A stretch of 50,064 nt of DNA, taken from positions 1 to 50,064 of the IMG/VR virus record IMGVR_UViG_3300044217_003764; one strand, given 5' to 3'. Both the position numbers and the translations under genes were made by a program. The stretch comes from a virus. Lineage: Duplodnaviria; Caudoviricetes. The notes under the pieces were generated by a model. That model saw nothing but the letters and a program-made list of their open reading frames with translations, ran no database searches and had not been told where the DNA came from. Positions 8,901 through 19,334 of the stretch are shown piece after piece (position 1 is the stretch's first letter; the number at the start of each line of letters is the position of its first letter).

Positions 8901-10639
8901 TGCCAGACGGCTTGCCAGACATCAGTGGAAACGCTCTCACGCCGGCCGGAACCATCCGGTCGGCGGGTCAGCATGAGGCCCGGGTTGCATCGGTATTCGA
9001 CCGGGTGGCCAACGTCGCCAACCAGATTGCAGTCCTGACCGGGCAGGCTGATGCGAAAAAGGGTGAAAAGGAAGCCCTGCGCGACTTCAACGAGCGCGCG
9101 CAGTTCGCGGACGATATTGGCGCTCCCGGCCTTGGCAATTTCACCAAGCGAGAACGGGCGCTCGGTCTTCAGACGGCTGGGGACCGGGCATACAACAACA
9201 TGCTCGAGACCCTTTACCTGCAGCGCACCAAGGGGTCGATCGAACAGGAGGCCGCGCGCCTTCGTGCTGACCCGAACACGTTTGGCAATGTCGAGCAGTT
9301 CGACGTCCAGATGGAGGAAGTGAAGAAGAGTATCGGTGGCAATACCGATCCGGACTTCGCCGATGAAGTCTTCTTCATGATGGACACAGTGCAGCAGGAC
9401 GTTCGCGGCAAGGTCGCGGCCGATCGTCAGGCGGCAGACATGAAGGAAGCCCGCGAGGCGATGGATGCCACGATCCAGGGCATGTCCGACGATCTCGATG
9501 CAATCCTGCGCAGCCGGGGGCAGGAGGCACTGGCTGATCCAGAGGTGAAGCGGCTCTCGAATGACCTCCAGCGTCAGATGCAAATCAAGGCTGACAATCC
9601 GGTCTATGGGTATTCGGAAGAGCAGCGCGCTTTGGATGCCGATGTGATTGCATCGCGGCTCGAGGTGGCCACCTTGTTGCCGGATATCGAGAACGTGTTC
9701 GAAGAGCAGGGATATGCTGCAGCGCTCGAGACGGCCGACACATACGCCGATGGCCTGCAGAGAACCACGGCAGAGCGCGAGCGGACCCGGAATGCGCTGC
9801 GCCAGGAAATCAACCTGCTCCAACAGAATCGTTCGGCCCACCTGGCTGAAGTCACGGCAGAAGAGGAGCGCCAGAAAAAGGTGCGCGGGGATCTGGCCGA
9901 AGTCTATGACAAGCGCGCGATCGACATCATCTTCGACCCGACTGCGACCAAGCAGGAAAAGCACACCGCTGTTCTGGCCGCGCGGCCGTATGTGACCGAA
10001 ACCCGGTACGGCACACTGCTCGGAAAGGTGTTCGATGACAGTGCCGGCAAGGGCGTCGGTGACAGTGAATTCACACAATACCGGATCATGGCCCGCAACA
10101 ACGCGCTCGATGAAGATCAGGTGCTGGAGCTCGTGCAGTTCACAGACAGCCAGCGCAACACACTTCTGGCCGATATCGACAAGACCGCAAGCAAGGTCCG
10201 CAAGCCCGGTGTCGATCGCATTGAGGCCGCATTCAAGGATGGTGGGATGCTGGACACCAGCGCCGAGACTGCCCAGCAGCGAGCAACGCAGAAGGTGCAG
10301 GCCATCGAGCAACTGGATGATTGGTTCGAAGGTCTCGAGCACACGCCGAATGCGCGTGAGGTGCAGGACCAGGTAGACGTCATTCTGTCCACGTCCGGCC
10401 GGGTGAATGCGTTGGTTGAGCGCTCGAGCTTCCTGTCGGTCGGCAGCTTTGGATCAGTACCCGGAGCGGAAGACATCGCTGACGCCAAGCGCCGGATCAA
10501 TGAGCGCTACAAGCAAATTCGCCCGAATGAGAATGATATGCGGGGTTTGTCCGCATACCAGGAACAGGAATTAGAGAGGCTTGCCGAAGAGCGCGCGCTT
10601 CTGAACCAGATTGAAGGGAGCATCAACAATGCCCGGTAA
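8900..10639 (+). CDS. Internal virion (ejection) protein
   Basis: Helical ~579 aa; TAATG coupling at 8900; synteny. Confidence 0.7.
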   Translation: MPDGLPDISGNALTPAGTIRSAGQHEARVASVFDRVANVANQIAVLTGQADAKKGEKEALRDFNERAQFADDIGAPGLGNFTKRERALGLQTAGDRAYNNMLETLYLQRTKGSIEQEAARLRADPNTFGNVEQFDVQMEEVKKSIGGNTDPDFADEVFFMMDTVQQDVRGKVAADRQAADMKEAREAMDATIQGMSDDLDAILRSRGQEALADPEVKRLSNDLQRQMQIKADNPVYGYSEEQRALDADVIASRLEVATLLPDIENVFEEQGYAAALETADTYADGLQRTTAERERTRNALRQEINLLQQNRSAHLAEVTAEEERQKKVRGDLAEVYDKRAIDIIFDPTATKQEKHTAVLAARPYVTETRYGTLLGKVFDDSAGKGVGDSEFTQYRIMARNNALDEDQVLELVQFTDSQRNTLLADIDKTASKVRKPGVDRIEAAFKDGGMLDTSAETAQQRATQKVQAIEQLDDWFEGLEHTPNAREVQDQVDVILSTSGRVNALVERSSFLSVGSFGSVPGAEDIADAKRRINERYKQIRPNENDMRGLSAYQEQELERLAEERALLNQIEGSINNAR

Positions 10640-13600
10640 CGCCGCCGACGCCGCCTATGAGGCCCGCCGCAAAGAACGCCTTCGTGGCATCATGTCCCAG
10701 ATGGACGGAGAAATTGCCGCAGAAGAGGCCGCGGCAGCGCCGGCGCCCGTGGCAGAAGACGAGGATCTGTGGAGCGAGCGCCCTGAGCGCGGCGACGTCC
10801 TGAAGAAGCGGGCCGAGACGATGGGCGTGTACGGCGCACTGAAGGCCATCAATGACGGTGGCGGAGATCCGACTGTGAGCTCGGCGGATGTCAACCGCGC
10901 CTTCATCAAGCAGAGCGGCCGCGAATTGCAGATGGCCGGGAAGAACATCGCGGACACGGTTCCAGCGATCGGCACGTCCTGGCAGAAGATGGGCTCGGAT
11001 CTGAATGCCTTCTATCTGGAGAACCCGGGATTGATCCCGCGTGTGCCGCAGGAATTCCGTGCACCGCAGGAAGTGATCGAAGACTTCATTCTGTCGAATG
11101 AGGTCTTTCGCGCAATTCCGGTGGTTGGCGACTCGTTCGGGCCTGCGTCCAAGGAAGAGCGCGAAGCCAAGATCGCCGAGAGCCGGGAAAAGTCGGCCGG
11201 CCTCGAAGAGAAAATGCGCGAGCAATTGCCGGAGGGCGAAAACGCAATCCAGCAGGGCGTGGTCGATACGACCCTGAACCTCGGAATGATGCTGCCATCG
11301 CTGGCCGCGTCTGTGGTCACCAAGAACCCGAATGTCGGCCTGGCCATGATGGGAACCCAGACAGGCGCCACGTCCTATGGGGATGCGCGCCGGGCCGGGG
11401 CTGACCCGACGAAGGCGTATCGCTACGGCATCATGATGGGAGCCGTGGAAGCGGCAACCGAGCGCCTGCCTCTGAAATATCTTGTGGGCGACATCGGCAA
11501 GAAAACACCCTTCCTCGAGACGCTGAAGAAGCAGTTGATCTCCGATGGCCTCGGCGAACAGGCGGCAACCCACATTCAGGACATGCTGACATGGGTAGAG
11601 CTCAACCCGGAGAAGACCTTCGCGGACTATATCGAAGAGCGCCCTGAAGCCATTCAGCGCACAGCGATTACCTCGGCCATGATGTCGCTGGTCATGACCG
11701 GCGGGCAACAGGGCATCAGCCAGCTTGGCGGCAAAGACGAGGCGCCAGCCCCGGAGAGCGAGGGCGGCGCAGGAGAGGTGGCAGAAGCCCCGGCACCCGA
11801 AGCCCCGGAAAATAGTGAAACACCCCCACAACCACAGCCAAATGAGGAAGATCAGGCCGAAACGAGCCCGGACCCGGACAAGCTGGCGGAAGTTGAGGCC
11901 ATTTCAGAGGTCATCGAGCGGGCAGAGCCAGCCCAGCAGCCGACCGCGCGAGAAGAATCGGATGCGTTCGTCGCCGAGTATGAGGCCGCGCTCGGCATCA
12001 CGCCGGAATTTGAAGATCTCGCCGAGTCGCAACCGGACCCGGGGGAGGGTGGACTTGGCCGGACATTCGAAAGCCTGGTCGAAGAGAACGCTGAACCACG
12101 TCCGGAGGCGACGTCCTTCCGCGACCAGTTTGGCACTGACCGTCCCGAAACCCCGATCGAGGCCAAGGCCATTGACGAGATCGAGGCGGCAACTCCGGAG
12201 GCGACGTCCTTCCGCAGCTATTTCGGTCGCAAGTCATTTGGCGGCGAAGGTCTGGAGTCTGCTCCCGAAGCCGCGACCGAGGATGTCGACACCACGCTGT
12301 TGAGCGATGATGAGGTTTCAGCGATCGCTGACAATGAGGTTCTGGCAACACCAGAGGCCGCTGACGCCGAGTCGATGCTCGAGATTGCAGAGCAGAATTA
12401 CGACGAGGTTCTGACCGACGATATTCTGACCGGGCTCGATGACCAGTTCGACATGCCGGCAGAAGAGGTCCGTGAGATCATGGACGGCGCGATCGAGGGC
12501 CAGGGCAGCACCAAGAAGTTCAACACGCTGATGAAGCGCGTGGACAAGGTGCGCCGGTCTGGCGTGAAGGCCGCGCGTGGGGACAAGCTCTCCGACTTCG
12601 ACAAGGAAATGAACGCTCGCCGTCGGCAGCTTCACAGAGTCGCCCTGAACACATTCGGCGAATGGTATCTCGAGCTCGCCAAGTCCGGCCGCGTCGGCTT
12701 TGCGTCCAATATGCAAGATGTTCTGCCCGGTGTTCCGGAAGATACGATGGCGATGGCGATGCCCGACGGCAAAGTTGTCATCAGCGACCGGATCGACCCG
12801 CGGGACTTTGAGGGGCTGTTTCTGCACGAGGTCGGTATTCATGCCGGACTGCAGGGCCTGATCGGCGCCAGTGGCAAAGAGGCCATTCTTGCTGAAGTCG
12901 ATCGACTCGCAGAGACGGGTGAGCGCTTCGCATCTGTTGCCCGTCAGTGGGCGCGCCAGATGGCTTTCCGCCCTGAACATGCTCGTGAGGAAACGTTGGC
13001 CTATCTGGTGCAGTTCGCTCCGGCCGCGCCTATTGTGACCCGCGCGATCGCATCCATGAAGGTTTGGATTGCCCGCCGGTTCCCCGGCCTGATCCCGCGC
13101 CTTGGCTGGAAGACGGCCGACTTCCGCCAACTGGCCCTGCTGTCCATCCGCAACCAGGCGTACAAGGCGCTGGAAATGCCGGTCAGCTTCCGGAGCGGAC
13201 TTGATAGCGACCACACGACGCTGGTACTGGACCGGCCGCACAAGTCGCGTCCGCCCATCCTCAATCCGAAATATCGCAAGTGGCCTTACAGCCAGTTTGG
13301 CGAGCCGGACCCGCTATTGCTGAACCAGACCCGGACAACCATCAATCTCGAGGATGTCGGCAACTTCCGCCAGAACGTCATCAACAACGAGGAAGTGCTG
13401 ACAGATCCGCACACGCTCGAGGCGATGTTTCAGGCGCATACGGACTTTGATGTTTTCGGATATCAGGATCTCATCGAGACCGTGAAGGCGTCCGATGACC
13501 CCGACGCCGCTTATGAGCTATCAGCGATGCTCGAGCCGCTGAAGGGAATGGATGCGCCGCTGGATATTCAGTATGCGCGCGGCGATGGCTTCCTGCGGCC

Positions 13601-16600
13601 GATTGGCTTCAATGATGATTTGGATCGCGGCACAGACACGTTCTTCGATCCGCGCCTGAACGAAGCGCAGAACAAGGCCGTGGAAATGGCCCGGAACAGA
13701 TTCTCGAATGCGGAAATCGCTGAAGAACTCGAATGGGATGGGCAGTCTGTTTCGAATGCCCTGTCTCGAGCGCGCAGCATGGGAATCGATGTGCCGCATG
13801 GATCTCGCGGTGCAGCCGGCATGGATCGCCTCTACATGGAGGAACTGATCGAGGTCGGCTTCAGCAACGAAGTCATTGCCCAGCGGACAGGCAAGACCCG
13901 CAATCACGTCAAGCAGGTTCGTCACCAGGTCAAGAATGGCGATATCAAACGCCTGCCGATGCAAACCGAAGTGAGGATGCAGCGCGCCAGGGATCTCGGC
14001 TGGAACACCGAGCGTCAAGTCTATCACGGCACGCCCGGTGAAATCGAAGGGGACGCGCTGCGCACGTCTCCGGACGGCCTGCTTGGCCGGGGCGTCTATC
14101 TCACGACGGCCACGGACCAGGCCAACACCTATGCGGGCGAAGACGGGGGCGCGGTCCTTCCTCTGTTCATCCGGGGTGAATTGGCCACGCTGGACCAACT
14201 CAAGGAAGCGCAGAAGCGCGCCGCTGCCGGCATCGGCAATGTCATGAATGCCCAGCGCAAGATCGCAGAACTGGCCCAGCACTATCTACAGCAGGCCGGC
14301 TATACGGGCGTTGAGGCTGGAACCACGATCGCGATGTTCGACTTCTCGGATGTGCGCAGCGTCAACGCCCGGTTCGACCCGATGAGGGACAGCCAGTCCG
14401 GGTTCATGCTCTCTCGCGGCGGTCAACAGGATGACATGTTCGACCCATACGCGGAGAAGGATGTCTATGTGAACCTGGCCCGCGTTGCTGGACCTGAAGA
14501 CTTCAAGGCCCTGATCCAGAAGCTGGCCAACGAAGCCCGGCCGGAAGTGAAGGAAAGAGTCGGTGGACGCCGCCCTCTGGCCCAGGTCGAACGCGAGGCA
14601 GCGAATGAGGAAGCCTTCAAGGCGCTCGCCAAACGCCGGCGCGGCAACATCCTGAACGACAAGGAAATGCTGGCCCTGCGCCAGCTTCGCGACTCTTCGG
14701 CGAACAAGATCCGGGAACTGGCGGAACTGTACCAGCAGAGCCCGTCACTCGCAGCCAAGGCTGCGCTTCACCGGGCGATGGTCCTTCATCGCACGATCCA
14801 GGCTGAAGTCTCAGGCGCCTCTGCCGATGCGGCGCGCTTGCTCGGCTCGCTGCGTATCCTGTCGAAAGACAGCACGACCCGCCGCATGGCGATGGAAGAT
14901 GCGTTGGCCCGCTGGGACAATGACGAGAATGTGGATGATCTGGTGAAACGCATCGCGCGCCTTGGCCCGAACCAGCAAGTCGAGCTCGATGATCTTGTTC
15001 GCGTCAGCATGAAGCAGGCGTGGACAGATCTCGGCGGGGCATGGATCAGGGCCATGTTCCTGTCCAACCCGAAGACGCACATCGTCAACGCCACTGGCAA
15101 CATGGCGGTCATGGCGATGGATGTGGGCTCAACCTATTTCGGGGGCGCGCTGACGATGGATCAGCAAATGATCTCCGAGGCCGGGGTGCGAGCATCTGAA
15201 CTGATGGACGCCTTCTACTACCAGATGCGCTATATGGCTCAGCACAGCCAGATGAACCCGACGAAGCCGAACGTCTCCCTGCGCTTTGACGATATGGGCG
15301 TGAATGGCAGGCAGGTTGACGCCGGTTCTGAACGCGCCCTCTCAGCCGGCCGCGTAAGCGCCCTGACGGGTGGGCTGGCCTCCAATCCGAGCGAAGACAG
15401 CATCGTCGGCCACACGATCAACCTGATCGGGTACGGCATCGCCGCTCCGTCGGAAGCGCTTGGTGTGGCGGATGACATGTTCAAGGGCATCAACTATCGC
15501 GTGGAAATGCGGGCGCTTGCCTTGCGCCAGGCGAACGCTGAAGCCCGCGACGGCCGGATCGACAAGGATCAGGTTTCAATGCGCATCGAAGAGCTTCTGG
15601 CAGATCCTTCGGATGAAATGATCCAGACGGCGCGTCATGCCGCACAGGAGCGGACATTCACCAACCGCCCGGGTCCGCTGACAATGGGTGTGCTGCGCTT
15701 CCGCAGGGCACTGAACAATGTGACAGGACTGCCGCTTGGGCACTTGCTGTTGCCGTTCGTCATCACACCTTCGAACATCTTCAGCTACACATTCCGTCAT
15801 CTGCCATCGGCCGCATTCTTCCCAGAGTGGCGGGCGGACTATGCTGCAGGAGGCCAGCGCCGCGCTCGCGCCGTCGGTCAGGTGGCGATGGGCACAAGCG
15901 TCATGATGCTGGGAATGGGCCTTGCCTCTGCCGGCATCATGAACGGCTCCGGCCCGGATGACATCGAGAAGAAGCGGGAACTGCAGGGCCTTGCCGGCGC
16001 TGGCTTCCAGCCCTTCGCTCTGAACATTGATGGTCACAGCTACACGATTGACCGTCTGGACCCCGTGTCTTCGATGCTGCTGATCGGCGCGGAGCTCAAT
16101 GAGATCTGGGCGAACAAGGGCTGGGACAGTGAGCCGGATGATGAACTCGGGGATCTGCTGACGAGCTCGGTTCTCAACATCGGCCGCATGATGCTGGACA
16201 AGTCCTACATGACCGGCCTGCGCGACTTTGTGAGGGCGCTGGAAGATCCGTACTATCGTGAGCGGTACTTCGCACGAACAGCCGCGGCCGTGACCACGCC
16301 AGCCCTGTCGGCCGAGATCCGCCGGCAAACGGACCCGTTCTGGCGGGAGGCAGACACAGCCATCGCCTCGATCAAGAATCGCATTCCCACGATGTCGGAG
16401 ACACTGCCGCAGGAGTATGACCTGTTCGGCCGTCCGAAGGTGTACCAGTCCGGTCATGGCGTTGTGTATGATTCGCTCATGCCGTTCATTGCCAAGAAGA
16501 TCGACCCGTCTCCGATCGATACCGAGTTGATGCGCCTGCACTACTTGCCATCCACAATGGACCGCTCCATCGGAGTGCCGGTCGGACCCCAAAGTATGCA

Positions 16601-16964
16601 AGTCTCGCTTCGAGAGCATCCGGAGATATACTCCCGCATGAGCCAGTTGATGGGGGGAGACAAGGATCTGAAGATCCCGTCCGTTCTTGATCGACTGAAT
16701 GAGCTCGTGGAATCGGATGGGTACGCAAAACTGATGGATGGCCCTGATCCGCTGCGAGGCTCAAAAGCCCGTGCGATCCAGGACGTCCTGGCAGATCATC
16801 GCGAGCGTGTGAGGCAGATCGTCGTCACCGAATATTGGGGCGACCTGCAGCAGCTCGGCCGCGAGGAACTGAAGCGGTCTCTGGCCCGCGCTGCAGAGCA
16901 GGAGGAAGAGCGTCAGTCTGAAATGGCTGCGGCACTTGCTGATGCTGTTGCGCAGGGCGAATAG
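10629..16964 (+). CDS. Large internal virion / polyvalent protein (metallopeptidase-like, HTH and ART-like domains)
   Basis: ~2,111 aa; HEVGIH at ~12825, tandem HTH-like segments ~13655-13935, YHGT...GRGVYLT at ~14020-14110. Confidence 0.8.
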   Translation: MPGNAADAAYEARRKERLRGIMSQMDGEIAAEEAAAAPAPVAEDEDLWSERPERGDVLKKRAETMGVYGALKAINDGGGDPTVSSADVNRAFIKQSGRELQMAGKNIADTVPAIGTSWQKMGSDLNAFYLENPGLIPRVPQEFRAPQEVIEDFILSNEVFRAIPVVGDSFGPASKEEREAKIAESREKSAGLEEKMREQLPEGENAIQQGVVDTTLNLGMMLPSLAASVVTKNPNVGLAMMGTQTGATSYGDARRAGADPTKAYRYGIMMGAVEAATERLPLKYLVGDIGKKTPFLETLKKQLISDGLGEQAATHIQDMLTWVELNPEKTFADYIEERPEAIQRTAITSAMMSLVMTGGQQGISQLGGKDEAPAPESEGGAGEVAEAPAPEAPENSETPPQPQPNEEDQAETSPDPDKLAEVEAISEVIERAEPAQQPTAREESDAFVAEYEAALGITPEFEDLAESQPDPGEGGLGRTFESLVEENAEPRPEATSFRDQFGTDRPETPIEAKAIDEIEAATPEATSFRSYFGRKSFGGEGLESAPEAATEDVDTTLLSDDEVSAIADNEVLATPEAADAESMLEIAEQNYDEVLTDDILTGLDDQFDMPAEEVREIMDGAIEGQGSTKKFNTLMKRVDKVRRSGVKAARGDKLSDFDKEMNARRRQLHRVALNTFGEWYLELAKSGRVGFASNMQDVLPGVPEDTMAMAMPDGKVVISDRIDPRDFEGLFLHEVGIHAGLQGLIGASGKEAILAEVDRLAETGERFASVARQWARQMAFRPEHAREETLAYLVQFAPAAPIVTRAIASMKVWIARRFPGLIPRLGWKTADFRQLALLSIRNQAYKALEMPVSFRSGLDSDHTTLVLDRPHKSRPPILNPKYRKWPYSQFGEPDPLLLNQTRTTINLEDVGNFRQNVINNEEVLTDPHTLEAMFQAHTDFDVFGYQDLIETVKASDDPDAAYELSAMLEPLKGMDAPLDIQYARGDGFLRPIGFNDDLDRGTDTFFDPRLNEAQNKAVEMARNRFSNAEIAEELEWDGQSVSNALSRARSMGIDVPHGSRGAAGMDRLYMEELIEVGFSNEVIAQRTGKTRNHVKQVRHQVKNGDIKRLPMQTEVRMQRARDLGWNTERQVYHGTPGEIEGDALRTSPDGLLGRGVYLTTATDQANTYAGEDGGAVLPLFIRGELATLDQLKEAQKRAAAGIGNVMNAQRKIAELAQHYLQQAGYTGVEAGTTIAMFDFSDVRSVNARFDPMRDSQSGFMLSRGGQQDDMFDPYAEKDVYVNLARVAGPEDFKALIQKLANEARPEVKERVGGRRPLAQVEREAANEEAFKALAKRRRGNILNDKEMLALRQLRDSSANKIRELAELYQQSPSLAAKAALHRAMVLHRTIQAEVSGASADAARLLGSLRILSKDSTTRRMAMEDALARWDNDENVDDLVKRIARLGPNQQVELDDLVRVSMKQAWTDLGGAWIRAMFLSNPKTHIVNATGNMAVMAMDVGSTYFGGALTMDQQMISEAGVRASELMDAFYYQMRYMAQHSQMNPTKPNVSLRFDDMGVNGRQVDAGSERALSAGRVSALTGGLASNPSEDSIVGHTINLIGYGIAAPSEALGVADDMFKGINYRVEMRALALRQANAEARDGRIDKDQVSMRIEELLADPSDEMIQTARHAAQERTFTNRPGPLTMGVLRFRRALNNVTGLPLGHLLLPFVITPSNIFSYTFRHLPSAAFFPEWRADYAAGGQRRARAVGQVAMGTSVMMLGMGLASAGIMNGSGPDDIEKKRELQGLAGAGFQPFALNIDGHSYTIDRLDPVSSMLLIGAELNEIWANKGWDSEPDDELGDLLTSSVLNIGRMMLDKSYMTGLRDFVRALEDPYYRERYFARTAAAVTTPALSAEIRRQTDPFWREADTAIASIKNRIPTMSETLPQEYDLFGRPKVYQSGHGVVYDSLMPFIAKKIDPSPIDTELMRLHYLPSTMDRSIGVPVGPQSMQVSLREHPEIYSRMSQLMGGDKDLKIPSVLDRLNELVESDGYAKLMDGPDPLRGSKARAIQDVLADHRERVRQIVVTEYWGDLQQLGREELKRSLARAAEQEEERQSEMAAALADAVAQGE

Positions 16965-16966
16965 CG

Positions 16967-16995
16967 TTGACTTCAGGGCGGCTCTAGGCCATAAC
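16967..16995 (+). promoter_or_regulatory. Sigma70-type promoter
   Basis: TTGACT-17 nt-CATAAC directly after the large gene's stop. Confidence 0.6.
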
Positions 16996-17001
16996 TGATT
17001 C

Positions 17002-17085
17002 CAGACCTGCGGGCCGTCTACCCGCGTAAATGGGTCTCCATTGGTAAAGCGGTGCGTTCCTTGAACGTGCCGCTTTATTCATTTT
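17002..17085 (+). ncRNA. Candidate small RNA containing GUCUCCAUUGGU (antisense to the CAAUGGAGAC RBS)
   Basis: Bounded by a promoter and a 15-bp terminator hairpin (17045-17077) with a T-rich tail; 5' stem AGACC/GGTCT; no ORF. Confidence 0.5.
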
Positions 17086-17115
17086 CAAGCCTCACCTATC
17101 GCCAAGGAGAGGCCC

Positions 17116-17436
17116 ATGACCGCCCCAAAAATCGACAATTCCGTGATTGCTGCCGCTGCCGCTGCCGGCGTTATGCCGCTGGTCGCCCAAATGCTCGGCA
17201 ATAGCCCGAAGGTCAAAGACCTGATCGATGAGCTCGCCAGCATCGAGGCATTCGCGGCTGATGCTCACAAGGAAGTGGCTGACCGCTACAGTGCCTTCCG
17301 CGTCCGCATCGCCGAATTCTTGAGTGAACGCGGCCTTGGCCAGTTGGTCGAAGACTATCAGGCGGCAACCACAGAGCCAGAGCCGGTTCAGGTGGCAGGC
17401 GATCCGCGCCGCGAAGCCGACATCCCACAAGGCTGA
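17116..17436 (+). CDS. Hypothetical protein
   Basis: AAGGAG SD; 106 aa. Confidence 0.75.
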   Translation: MTAPKIDNSVIAAAAAAGVMPLVAQMLGNSPKVKDLIDELASIEAFAADAHKEVADRYSAFRVRIAEFLSERGLGQLVEDYQAATTEPEPVQVAGDPRREADIPQG

Positions 17437-17439
17437 ACG

Positions 17440-18000
17440 ATGTTCTTCACGCCGCAAGAGGTACGACCATCCAGCCCCGGGGTTGCCCTGGGGCTGGTGC
17501 TCTCGATCCATGACATCGAGGAAACCGGCACGACCCGTCAGGGGCGCCCGGAATACCGACTGTTGCGCCGTGTCTGGTACAAGGATTTCGAGGTGCCTGC
17601 GGGCTTCATCTTCGACGTCCACTCGCTTCCGCGCCTGCTTCGTTTCTGGCAGCCCCGCAATCCCGCATGGTGGGGTCCGCCCGCGCTGCATGATTGGGCG
17701 CTCGAGAGTGGCCTGATCTCGATCAAGGAAGCGAACGAGCTATACCGATCCGCGATGGAAGATCTCGGTGTGAGGCCCATTCACCGTTTCGCAGCCTATC
17801 GCGGCGTTGAGATTGGCCGGCGCTTTTTCCCAGATCGCATCACGCGCATCGATCCGGACAATGCCGACCTGGTTGAGCAGATCGCCGGCCGGGAAGCGGT
17901 CTATCATGAGCGCAATGCCGGTGTTCGCAGGGTATTGTTCAAGGCGGCTAAGTTCGCTGCAACCGGCTATCTCCGGAGCCGTGGAGTTACACTGCTATGA
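17440..18000 (+). CDS. DUF1353-like protein
   Basis: VPAGFIFD..S.PR, ALHDW and AN.LY..AM..LGV pattern. Confidence 0.7.
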   Translation: MFFTPQEVRPSSPGVALGLVLSIHDIEETGTTRQGRPEYRLLRRVWYKDFEVPAGFIFDVHSLPRLLRFWQPRNPAWWGPPALHDWALESGLISIKEANELYRSAMEDLGVRPIHRFAAYRGVEIGRRFFPDRITRIDPDNADLVEQIAGREAVYHERNAGVRRVLFKAAKFAATGYLRSRGVTLL

Positions 18001-18587
18001 CGGCGATCGTTTACTCCCCCAACTTCCGCATCGCCCTGGCTGAGACGCTGAGCCATGAAGGCGGATATGCAAACCACCCGAATGATCCGGGCGGTGTCAC
18101 CATGCGCGGTGTCACGATCGGAACATGGGCAAAGTGGACCCGTCGCGGCAAGTCCTCCATCACGGTTGAGGAAATGCGCTCACTGACGATGGAAGACATC
18201 ATGCCGCTGTACCATGCGTGGTACTGGCGTGCTGTGCGAGCAGACGAATTGCCGGGCGGTCTCGATTTCGTAACCTTCGACATTGCCGTCAACTCCGGTG
18301 CCAAGCGCGCGGTGAAGATGCTGCAGAAGGCGATTAACAAGCTCGGCCGCATCCACATCATCGTGGATGGTGTCATCGGCCCCAAGACGATCAGTGCCGC
18401 GAACAAGATCAACGTCTTTGACCTGATCGATGAGGTCGGCAACACGCGCCTCTGGTTCTATTTCGACCTGTCCACGTTCCGCACTTTTGGAAAAGGCTGG
18501 ATGAAGCGCCTGCTGAAAGTGACCAGCTTTGCAACTGCAATGGCGCTGGGCAAGGCCGAAGCAATGATCCTCGCCCGGGCTGCGTGA
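17997..18587 (+). CDS. Endolysin, glycoside hydrolase family 108 with C-terminal peptidoglycan-binding domain
   Basis: HEGGYANHPNDPGGVTMRGVT, FDIAVNSG, DGVIGPKT and FGKGWMKR motifs. Confidence 0.92.
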   Translation: MTAIVYSPNFRIALAETLSHEGGYANHPNDPGGVTMRGVTIGTWAKWTRRGKSSITVEEMRSLTMEDIMPLYHAWYWRAVRADELPGGLDFVTFDIAVNSGAKRAVKMLQKAINKLGRIHIIVDGVIGPKTISAANKINVFDLIDEVGNTRLWFYFDLSTFRTFGKGWMKRLLKVTSFATAMALGKAEAMILARAA

Positions 18588-18672
18588 ATTGCCCCGGTGC
18601 GGGGACGCCTGAAGGACACGCGCGCAATATAAGCCCTCATCCCGATATCGTCCCTGGAAAGGAAATGAATAA

Positions 18673-19257
18673 ATGAAACTCACGCGCCTCGCTGCATTCC
18701 TGCTCGCCCCGCTCATGCTTGCCGCATGTGGCACCCTTCAAGCGTTGCCCTCTGTCGGCGACAAGGACAGCACGCCTCGCCAGGCTGCGGCCGTTGTGCA
18801 AAACGATGTCGGCCCTGCTGTCGCGGATCTCGCCGATCTGTGTGAGGCCGGCATTCTCCAGCCTGATACCAAGGCGGTCATCGCCGAGTATGGCCCGAAG
18901 ATCCGCCAAGCCGTCGGCGCCTATGCTGAGAGCGCTGCCAACTGTGTCGTCATTGACGGCCGACTGCAGACCGACACGTCCACCGGCAAGGTATGTGCGC
19001 GGGGTGACGTCAAGGCTGTGACCTCTGAGCTGCCCTCTCTCCTGATGGATGCTGGCCGAGCGATCGGACTTGAGACGTCTACGGGGTACAGGGTCTTTCT
19101 TGCCGGCTTCGCGGCCCGACGGATCATCGGAACCAATACGGGCGGCATCATCGATGGCTTCTCGAAGGAACCGGATCTCACGCTCGAGGAATACCAGACC
19201 TTGTGGACCCCAACCCAAGCCGCTGCTGATCGCCTTGAGGCGTGCGCCAAAGGCTAG
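18673..19257 (+). CDS. Lipoprotein (lysis cassette, possible spanin-type function)
   Basis: Signal peptide with LAAC lipobox; follows endolysin. Confidence 0.7.
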   Translation: MKLTRLAAFLLAPLMLAACGTLQALPSVGDKDSTPRQAAAVVQNDVGPAVADLADLCEAGILQPDTKAVIAEYGPKIRQAVGAYAESAANCVVIDGRLQTDTSTGKVCARGDVKAVTSELPSLLMDAGRAIGLETSTGYRVFLAGFAARRIIGTNTGGIIDGFSKEPDLTLEEYQTLWTPTQAAADRLEACAKG

Positions 19258-19285
19258 GCGATGGTAGCTAGACCACACAATCGGG

Positions 19286-19316
19286 AGGGCCTGTCAGCAA
19301 TGGCAGGCCCTTTCTT
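19286..19316 (+). terminator. Intrinsic terminator
   Basis: AGGGCCTGTCA-GCAA-TGGCAGGCCCT followed by TTCTT. Confidence 0.7.
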
Positions 19317-19334
19317 GCATGAGGGCGAAAACTG

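Noticed and set aside
12102-12215. 21-bp direct repeat CCGGAGGCGACGTCCTTCCGC
   Set aside because: Encodes a duplicated PEATSFR peptide in a low-complexity linker; no sign of a DNA-level role.
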